Origin: Azolla caroliniana
Taxonomy: Eukaryota > Plantae > Polypodiophyta
Direction: 5' to 3'
Assembly: GCA_043228905.1 (NCBI GenBank)
Contig: JBHGNT010000003.1
Coordinates: forward strand, 6,820,001 to 6,884,000
Length of the DNA stretch: 64,000 nucleotides
Part shown: piece by piece, positions 50,071-59,900 of the stretch
Numbering within the stretch: the first letter of the stretch is position 1
Layout of the letters: each line of letters starts with the position of its first letter
The notes under the pieces: generated by a model
What the model was told of the DNA's origin: nothing
The model's input: the letters and a program-made list of their open reading frames with translations, nothing else
Databases searched by the model: none
Program-made: the position numbers and the translations under genes

Positions 50071-52160
50071 GGGCGAATGTCGTAGTGTATTCCACACACT
50101 ACGTGAAAACCATAAAATAATATATCCGATTTTAGATACATATAAATAAATAAATAATATATCAAAAGAATTTATCATGTGCATAGGGCAAGATTTGAAC
50201 CATGCACCTCCACGTAAATAAACCCCAACTTTACCATTGTAATAATTTATCTTTGGTGTTATAAATATAGATTTAATACATATAAGACCTTTATTTACAC
50301 ATACCTTTATTAAAAGGTAAAAATCATGTATTCTTTAGAGTGTGAATATTTTATTTACACGTGACATTAAAAGTGACTCATGCACATCTAGCGTGCATGA
50401 GCCCTATATTTAGGAAATGACAAAGCATCACATGCACATTTAGTGTGCATGGGCACTTTAGGTGAAAAAGCATGAAGCCATGCTTAGCCTCTTCCATCTT
50501 TATATAAGGAGGAGAAAAATATGTATATGGTTGTTGATTAATATACGAGGATTGATCAATCTAATATATTCGTGGGATTCACGAATTTTGCCATCTAATT
50601 ACTCTTAGAATCTAAATATTGTTTTAAAATACACTAAACTCGTGGGATTCACGAGATTACTATCTTACTTCTCTTCCTATTACTCATAACTAGCCTTAAG
50701 TTGTATTCCTCTTCCTCCTAGTCAAAACCCTCGGCGGTTCCCACCCGACTCACGCAACGATCCGGAGCCGAAGGGCTCGACAACGTATTTTATAAGTATT
50801 TAACATCTTAAAAAATGTAATTAACATATTTTTAAATTGGGAGGTACTATACGCGTATTAATACGCTAAATACGTATGGTATCCATACCATATCTAACAT
50901 ACCTAACAACCTTGTTCCCGCAATAGAAGCACGTGGGCCTCCACCTTGACTTCGACCTCGTCCCCGATTTGTCCCGGTTTTGGGGACCCCGATACCGGCC
51001 TCTTCCCTAGTTGTGGTCATCTTCCGTGACCAAGGCCTTCGGATCGGTTCCGGACTCCTGGTCCTTTTGGTGAGCTTCTTCATCTAGCAAGCTTGACTTG
51101 ACTCTTGCTAGGGACAACTGTTTTCCTTCCGGCCCGGCGTTGCCCAACGTGACAACTAGTGTCTCCTAACTATCCGGGAGGGAACCTAGCAGGAGTAATG
51201 CGAGTACCTCATCGGCAAGAGGTACTTCCAACGAGGTTGCTTGGTGGATCAGTCCTTGGAAGACATTCATCTGCTTCGCCATACTGGAGCCATCCTGGTA
51301 CCAAAGCCTCACTAGCTTCCAGAATACTGAAACCCGATTAACGACATTCTTGTTCTGGAACATGATGCCGATCTTATCCCAGAGTTCATGAGCCTTGCTC
51401 TCTTCATTGAAGTTGTTGTACAGGCTCATGTCAATGAAGCATCAGATGTATGCCATCGTCTTCATGTGCATCACCTCCCACACTATGGCGTTGATCTTAT
51501 CCGGTCTCTTGTCCCCGAACTGAACCGACAACCAAAGATCTTTAACCACCAGCATATCCCTCATCTTCGACTTCCACACTAAGTAGTTGGAGCCAGTGAG
51601 CTTGAACATGCCGCCGAACGATTCTTCCATTTCCTGTGTTGTTCACTCTGATACCAGATTGTGAAGAAAAGTGCAGAATATTGCTTGGCCACAACTGAGT
51701 CTTGAATCACAGAAATAGGAATGAAACACAGAAATTGGAATTAGAGAGTACACAAAATATTTACGTGGAAAACACTAATAGGGTAAAAAACTACAGGAGC
51801 CCACAGACTCCAAACTATCACTATATGAGAAAGGTACAATCAGAAACTCGGAGGCAACGACCTCGAGCTCTATTTCTTCATAGAGCGGTGGTTACAACAA
51901 AGTATCGCTTTGTATCTCTCTCTCTCTCTCTCTCTCTCTCTATACAACAATTATGCACATACAAAATATGACAACAACTACCAACACCTAAAAGTGATTG
52001 CCCTAAGTCATATATATATACTTATATGAACTTATGGCGATTTACAAATATAGCCTCAATAGGCTTACTCAAAACATATTTACAAGTATGTCTTCTCTTC
52101 CGGTTCTCACTAGGTCCTCTTCATTCATAACCGGATCCCATCTAGAGGGACCGATTTCCC

Positions 52161-52161
<1 letters not shown>

Positions 52162-52242
<81 letters not shown>
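52162..52242. repeat. (CA)n(CT)n microsatellite starting at the Copia right TSD
   Basis: Direct reading. Confidence 0.95.
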
Positions 52243-52246
<4 letters not shown>

Positions 52247-53199
52247 CCACATTATCGTATTAATTGCATGTGAACAACACTGTGCAATATTGCAATACAA
52301 CATGAAAATTTAGAATGCCAAATATATTCTAAGACTTTATCAAGCTACAAAATTAAAGCTCTCATTTCTTCTATCAATGTTTTTGGCTTCCATCCCTAAA
52401 ACTCTTTTTTAGTTACATCAATGATTGATAGCACACAATCTATTTCAATAAACCCAGGTTCACATGGGAACACTAGTGTCCTCTTCCTCTTCATACCCCT
52501 GGTCTGTTTGGGTTTCTTTGGGTCTGGATTCAACCTTATGTCCTCTTGCACACTCAGAAAGGCTTCCATTCTGTTTGTTGGTCTAGCGTCTGAGTTGCAA
52601 GATATATCTTACACCAAAGACTCTTTACCTCTGTGTTTGTTACTACTTCTCTGGTTGGGATGAGCCCAACAATATCAATTGCCACATCTACTAATTGTGC
52701 CACATGCTTCATCTACTTGATCAAGTAGACCCGTAGAGTCGGTTGCTACATCTACTCTCAAAATGGGGTCCTTAGAACAAATAACGACATCAAAAGTTTC
52801 CACACATACATAAGCCTTTGCCACAAGTGATTCATATCCTTTAGTTTTTGCAACGTAAAAAAAAACGAGCATAATCACACTCATAGAATAACAAAATTAT
52901 TACAAACAACGACAATAGGATAAAACAACATTCCTTGACCAAAACAGAATGTTTCTTGAATATTTCTCGACAACATCCATTACATGTCTTTTCCCCGATG
53001 GAGCCCCCTTCTACAACCTTTTTCTAGAAGACTACCCATTTTGCAAAGCCTCTTTCACCCATTGAGCAAGTATGGTTTCCTCCGGCAACATATCCACCGC
53101 ATCCTCTTCCTTCAAAAGCTCATTAGCAGCTTCTTTCGCTACCTGTTCAAGAAGAGGTGGATGTGGTTCTACAACATCATGTAGGGCTAGGGGGGGTTG

Positions 53200-53257
53200 T
53201 GTAAAGAATCAATAGATGGATTCTTGTGAAGCGGAAGAGATGTGAGTTATGTGTGTG

Positions 53258-53303
<46 letters not shown>

Positions 53304-56300
53304 ACACAGAGAATACGCAAGGTAAAAGTATATTGACAAAGGAGAAAGACTCAACATAATACAAGGTGGGAGGAGGGTGCTTTATGTAGTCACCCTCTCT
53401 CTTCATTAACTACAAGCCTCATGGAGCATGGGGAATGTGAAAGCTCATAAGTTATGTGTCATAGAATATGATTCTATGACTCATACTAAATGCTAGAATA
53501 CAAAGTGGTGACATAATGGTGACTCTTGACCGTTGGAGTGTCTCTTCACTCTCAAGGTGAGTTCACACACTAGACCAAGTTGAGCTTGATTCTCAACACG
53601 CCCCCTCAAGCTCAAGTCAGGTCGGTTTCAGACGGTATCCGAAATCCGCTTCAACTCGCGTTCCGGAGTCCGCGTCGACTCGCGTCGGCTCACTTTATGC
53701 GGAATTGCGGAATCCGTGCTCCAGCTTGCGTTGTGCGTAGTTGCGAAGTCTGTGCTTCGGCTTGCGTCTTTCTTCGCGGCTTTGTGCGGTAGATCGACTC
53801 TTCGCTGCTTTGTTGCGTGGTTGCGGAATCCACACGTTATTGTGTAGTGTCTTCAGTACTCCCCCTCAAGCTTGGCAGGTCAGGGATCGTCAATCCGAGA
53901 TCGGTCATGAATTGCCATAGCTTGTCGGCTCCTAAGGCTTTAGTGAAGATGTCGGCTGTTTGAAGATTGGTGCTAATGTGTTGTAGGTCGACATCGCCAG
54001 CCAGAACGCGCTCTCGGATGAAGTGATAGTGTACTTCGATGTGCTTTGTCCGCGCGTGGAACACCGGGTTCCGAGCCAGATAGATACTGCTCATGTTGTC
54101 GCAGTAAAGGGAAGTCGGATCCTTGATGGGTACGCCCAGATCCTTCAAAATCTTCTTGAGCCATACGGCTTCACACGTAGCTATGGCTGCACCCCTGTAT
54201 TCCGCCTCCATACTCGAAAGAGCGACGGTAGGTTGCTTCTTGCTACTCCAGGATATTGCTCTGCTGCCGAGGGAGAAAACAAATCCGGAGGTTGATCTTC
54301 TATCAGCTTTGTAGCCGGCCCAATCGGCGTCTGTGTACCCCTCGAGTCGTATTGGCATCGCGGTCTTGTAGAGGATGCTGCAATCCATTGTGCCGCTCAC
54401 GTAGCGTAGAACTCGCTTAGTGCAATCCAAGTGAGTATCACGCGGTGTTTGCATGAATTGGCTAAGGAGACCGACCGGATAACTGAGATCGGGTCGTGTG
54501 ATCGTGAGGTAGATGAGACTCCCAATGAGTTGCCGATACTGAGTCGGCTCACACGCTTTGGTGCCGGAGTTCGCATCTAGTTTGAGATTACGATCGCGCG
54601 GGGTTGCCACGGATTTGCAGTCAGCCATCCTGAACTTGTATAACAAGTTGAGGATGTAGTGCCGTTGAGAGATCATGATTCCGGGCAGAGTCCGAATTAC
54701 CTCGATGCCGAGGAAGTAGTGGAGCTCCTTCATGTCCGTCATCTCGAACTTGTCGGAAAGGAGGGATTTGACTTTATTGATTTTGACGAGATGCTCACCT
54801 CCAATGACTAGGTCATCCACATATAAAATGATGACGATCGGACTTGCGGAATCGCTTCGTATGTAGAGGAAGTTGTCCGATTTTGACATACGGAAGCCGA
54901 TTTGATGAAGATATTGCGTTATCTTCGAATGCCAAGCACGCAGTGCTTGCTTGAGGTCGTAGAGAGGCTTCTTGAGTCGGCAAACCGCTTTCGGATGGGT
55001 GCTCGAGTTGAAGCCAGGTGGTTGGATCATGTACACCTCCTCTTCTAATTCGCCTTGTAGAAAGGCGTTCTTGACGTCCATTTGATGGAGGTGCCACCTT
55101 TTCGCCGCGGCAATCGCAATTACGGTCCGCACCGTCGTCATCTTTGCCACCGGGGCAAAGGTCTCTTTGTAGTCGATGCCATGCGTCTAAGCGTATCCTT
55201 TCGCTACGAGTCGAGCTTTGTAGCGGTTTACGGAGCCATCGGCGTTATACTTCACCTTGTAGATCCATCTGCATCCGATTGCCTTTTTGTGTGGTGAGGT
55301 GGGAACGAGATCCCACGTCTCGTTCTTCCGTAGTGCCTGCATCTCCTCTTTCATTGCTTCGATCCATCGCGGGTCCTTCACGGCTTCCGAAAAGGTTTCG
55401 GGCTCCCGTACTATCGCTACCTTCATCATAAAGGCGTAATGGTACGCCATATAATCGTTGTAGCCGAAACAGCTTACGGGGTTCTTTTCACGAGTAGATC
55501 AGCGAACTTTTTCATTTGCAGAGATGAGGGCTTTCTTAGCTCCGATTGGTACATTGAAGCCGCCGAACTCACTGTCGAGTGAGTGAGTCGATTCATCGTC
55601 GTCGAAGCGATTGTCTTCGTATTCCACCATTTTCGCCTTGCCTTTGTCCATCTTCGGGCTAGGCCGTGATGTGCTTTGATGGCTCAAAGGCTCTTGTGGT
55701 CCGCTCAGTCGGGTCGTGATCGGACTTTCTTCGATCATGCGCGTAGGGTGATCTTCATCCTCGATCTCTTGTTCGGCAGATTCCGGGTCGAGCGGAGTTG
55801 GAGGCGAAGTTGTCTTTGGTGCGTACCAGGATGTGGACTCGTCAAAAACTACATCTCGACTTACTCGAGATTTTCGAGTTGAGGGGTTGTAGCACTTGTA
55901 CCCCTTTTTCTCCAGTGAGTATCCCACGAGGACTTCGGGTCAAGCTTTTGACGCTTCTCGTCGGGGATGTGCACGTACGCTATCACGCCGAATATCCGGA
56001 TGTGAGATAAATCCGGCTTCGTTCCGAAGTATTTTTCGTGCGGAGTGACCTCGTGCACGCCGGATGTTGTGCACCGGTTCATTAGGTAGACGGCCGCATT
56101 TGCAGCTTCGGCCCAATATGACTTGGGCATATGCTTCTCGTTCATCATGGCCCGCGCTACTTCGAGGATGTGCCGATTTTTGCACTCGGCTACTCCGTTT
56201 TGTTGCGGAAAGTGTCGGCACGTGAATTCTCGCCGAATTCCTTCCTTCGGAGATACGCCGTGAAATCATCGGATAAGTACTCCTTGCCGCCATCTGATCG

Positions 56301-56462
56301 AAGGCATCGTACATGTCGGCTCGTGGCTTTCTCGACTTCATTCTTGAAATTTTGGAAGTGTCCAAACACTTCGCTCTTTTGCCGCATCAGGTAGATCCAA
56401 GTGTGCCTAGAGAAGTCGTCAATGAAGAGCACATAATATCGGCATCCCCCGAATGTAGCCGT
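53200..56462 (-). mobile_element. Second, distinct Ty1/Copia element: 3' LTR 53200-53598 plus decayed integrase-RT-RNase H, interrupted at 56462 by a chromovirus
   Basis: TGTAAAGAATCAA...TTGATTCTCAACA LTR with an adjacent PPT. ORF 53837-55150 has QMDVKNAFL, YVDDLV, YTDADWAG and ADIFTK; integrase pieces include FIDDFSRHTW and RSDGGKEY. The 5' part lies beyond the window. Confidence 0.9.
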
Positions 56463-56767
56463 TGTCAGGAATAGTACTAAAGTAGAGATGGAATTAGTAC
56501 TAAAGAAGAGCAGTACTATTAGTACTAAGAGGATGGGACTGCTTAAGATTCCCGAGAGAGGAAGTGAGAAGAGGAGAGAGAAAGCGGCTAAGAGGCTTAA
56601 GACTGGCGTTGAACCAATTTGGTTCAAAACAATGCCTTGTGCCTCCTTTTATAGTGTTTTTAGGAATAATCCTGAAGCTTCTAGAATGTTCCAGAGAGAT
56701 CTAGAATATACATCAATTTTCTATGATAAAGCATAAATGAAAATAATATTCTTTAAATTACAATTCA

Positions 56768-56825
56768 TAGTCTAATGGTAAGAGCTCGACCCATGTAGCA
56801 TAAGGTCATGGGTTCGAGTCTTGCC
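56768..56825 (+). promoter_or_regulatory. tRNA-like Pol III internal promoter (A box plus B box) inside the chromovirus LTR
   Basis: A box TAGTCTAATGG (56768-56778) and AAGGTCATGGGTTCGAGTC containing the B box (56811-56820), at tRNA-like spacing. The acceptor and anticodon stems do not pair. Confidence 0.55.
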
Positions 56826-56962
56826 ATATCATGACACTATCTCCCCCTTAAAGACGGTGAGTGGAACGAGTCGGCGCTGAGTGCGGACTGGGTTTGTCCG
56901 GATACTTTCGGTGGAAATCAACAAGAAGATCCTAAGCATTGGAAACATGCTCGACGGGTTCC

Positions 56963-59900
56963 TGTAAGGTAATCACCGCTTGGATTCACCTTCTTCTCTC
57001 GGCCACAGCCGATTAATCGCGGATCAATGTAGCAGAAAATAGGAAATACAGAGAAAGACGCGATACACAGGGATTAACGTGGAAAACCCTATACGGGAAA
57101 AACCACGGGAGTGCGAGACTCCGAACCAAACTATGCACCGCTTGGATTCACCTTCTTCTCTCGGCCACAGCCGATTAATCGCGGATCAATGTAGCAGAAA
57201 ATAGGAAATACAGAGAAAGACGCGATACACAGGGATTAACGTGGAAAACCCTATACGGGAAAAACCACGGGAGTGCGAGACTCCGAACCAAACTATGCAC
57301 AGAGAAATATACAATGGCGAGCTGCAAGGCAACGACCTTGAGCTCGCTGTCCTCGCCACAGGCGGCGGAAGTACACAGAGGCGTCTACCTCTTCGTCTCT
57401 CTCGCGCTCTCTCTCTCTCTCTCTCTCTCGGCTGTTCTCACTTCGCATGGGAAAAATGAGCAACAACATACTATACTGTTTGCCCTAAGTCATATTTATA
57501 CACATATGACTTTCGGGCTATTTACAAATATAACCTCAAGGGCTCTTGGCAAACATATTCACAAATATGTCCCCGCATCCGGATCTCTCTCTCCGGGTAC
57601 ATTCGTCATCCGGCTCCGTAGCCGGGGTCTTCAGCATCCGGCTCCGTAGCCGGGGTCTTCAGCATCCGGCTCCGTAACCGGGGTCTTCATCATCCGGCTC
57701 CGTAACCTGGTACTCTTCATCCGGCTTCATGCCGGGTACTCTTCATCCTACGGTTCCGTAACAGCCTCCGGGCTTGCCGTCATTCATCTCCGGACATCCC
57801 ATCCGGAGGGACCGAAATCCCAACAAACTCCCCCTTCACTTCGGCATGGGATGTCTCTCCAACCCGATCCTCTTCCGGCATGCTTCCAGCTTGTCGGGTG
57901 TGAGCACCTTGGTCAGCATATCCGACCCGTTCTCGTCCGTGTGGATCTTCGTCAGCACGAACTCCTTGTCTTCTATCCTTTCCCGGATCCAGTGATATCT
58001 CCGCTGGATGTGTTTCGTCCGGGAATGGTAGGCCGCGTTCTTCGCAAGGTGGATGGCACTCTGACTATCGCAGTAGAGTCGGTACTCCTCCTGCTGGATA
58101 CCGAGCTCTCTAATGAAGTCCTTCATCCATATTATTTCCTTGCCGGCTTCAACCGCCGCCATGTACTCCGCCTCCGTGGTTGACAACGCAACCGTCTTCT
58201 GCAGCCTCGACTGCCACGAAACAGCTCCTCCTGCAAACGTCATCACATACCCTGATGTGGACCGGCTGGTATCTGCATCAGCCGACATATCCGAATCGGT
58301 AAAGCCGTCGAATTCGGGCTTATCGGAGCCGAATCGGAGGCACACGTTTGCCGTGCCCTTCAGGTATCAGAGTATCCACTTGACCGCGTTCCAGTGCTCT
58401 TTGCCGGGATTGCTCATGTACCGGCTCACCACTCCGACTGCATATCCTATGTCCGGTCTTGTACACACCATTGCGTACATCAAGCTTCCGACGGCAGAGG
58501 CATATGGTACTTTCATCATGTCCTCCTTCTCAGCCTTTGTCTTGGGGCTTTGCTTGCTGGACAACTTGCAGTTTGCCGGGAGGGTTGACCCGACCGGTCT
58601 TGCTTCCGACATGTTGAACCGGTGAAGCACCTTTGTCACGTACTTCTCCTGTGACAGCCACAACTGCTTCTTCTTCCGGTCCCGGATGATGTGCATCCCT
58701 AGTATTTGCCTCGCCGGACCCAGGTCCTTCATTGAGAAGGTTCGGTGAAGTGCCTCCTTCAGCACCCGTATCTTGACCTGGTCCCGTCCGACGATCAACA
58801 TGTCGTCCACGTACAGGAGGAGTATTAGAGAGTCTCCTCCTTCGAACTTCTTCACAAACACGCAGTGATCAGACTGCGTTTTGTGGTACCCTTCGTCGGT
58901 CATGAAGGAGTCGAACTTCCGGTACCATTGCCGGGGAGCCTGCTTCAGTCCGTAAAGGCTCTTCTTCAACCGGCATACCAGGTGCTCCTTCCCTTTCTTC
59001 TCGAATCCTTCCGGTTGCTGCATGTAGATCTCTTCTTCGAGGTCACCGTGAAGGAATGCCGTCTTCACGTCCATCTGTTCTACCTCGAGGTCCATGCTTG
59101 CCGCTATGCTCAGCACCGTCCGGATGGAGGTCATCTTCACTACCGGGGCAAATATCTCGTCGAAGTCGACGCCCTTCTTCTGCTGAAACCCCTTCACCAC
59201 GATCCTGGCTTTGTATCTCGGGGGGTTTCCGGCATCTCCCGGTTTCAGCTTGAACACCCACTTGTTTCGAAGTGCCCGCTTTCCTTTCGGCAACTCCACA
59301 AGTTCATATGTGTGGTTCTCATGCAAGGAATCCATTTCGTCCTGCATGGCACTCAACCACCTGCGGCTCTGGGTGTCATGTTTTGCTTCTTCAAAGCTCT
59401 CCGGCTCCCCCTCGTCGGTTAGCAGAACGTGCTCTGGTTCCGGAAATCTCCGGGGGGCCCTTCTCTCTCTTAGAGGATATCTCCGTTCCGGAGCTTCGGT
59501 AACCGGTTCTTCCGATTCTTCTTCATCCGAATCTATTTCGGGATCGGGGCCGGTTCCGGTATCGTTTTCATCTTCTTCGGCCGGTTCTGTTTCTTCACCG
59601 TCTTCGGCCGGATCCTCGAGTGCTAACCGGTCCCTTGCCGGTCGGGACTGCTCCTCGTAGAGTTTATACTCACCGGTTGACTTGGAGCTCTTCATCTTCT
59701 TCTCCGACTCCCAGTCGGCGAGTGTCTTGTCCTCCATGAAGATGATGTCTCGACTCCTGAATATCTTCTTGTCCACCGGGTCCCATACTCGGTAGCCGAA
59801 CTCGTCGTCGCCGTAACCGAGGAATATGCATGGCCGGGTCTTTGGATCTAGCTTTCCTCTCCGGTCCTTTGCCACATGCACGTATGCGAGACACCCGAAC

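Larger units (their letters stand above)
43730..50782 (+). mobile_element. Full-length non-chromoviral Ty3/Gypsy retrotransposon (Phygy-like); LTRs 43730-44431 and 50078-50782
   Basis: TG...CA LTRs ~99% identical, a 4-bp TSD ACGT, PBS TGGTGAACCCGACGTGAA (44436-44453) complementary to the tRNA-Trp 3' end, and PPT GGAGGGGGCGAA. Domain order is gag-pro then RT-RH-INT. Confidence 0.95.
43031..50914. mobile_element. Non-autonomous hAT-type element (~830 bp net) inserted in the Copia gag zinc knuckle and split by a Gypsy insertion
   Basis: TIRs CATGGTTGTT / AACAACCTTG and an 8-bp TSD TTCCTGCA / TTCCCGCA. Removing it rejoins the knuckle as CFYC(G/R)KPRHFQKNC. The subterminal regions are TACGT-rich. 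Confidence 0.85.
39819..52164 (-). mobile_element. Decayed Ty1/Copia LTR retrotransposon (Tork/Tnt1-like) carrying nested insertions; 3' LTR 39819-40319, 5' LTR 51660-52164
   Basis: TG...CA LTRs, TSD CACAC, tRNA-iMet PBS TGGTATCAGAG (minus strand, 51646-51656) and a PPT at ~40321-40331. Frameshifted gag (51166-51630), CCHC/protease/integrase (41088-43030) and RT/RNase H with an internal deletion (40330-41040). Confidence 0.93.

Noticed and set aside
58363-58373. PBS-like GGTATCAGAG on the + strand at the premature stop
   Set aside because: It is a coincidence of the L-stop-Y-L codons, on the wrong strand for this element and not next to an LTR.
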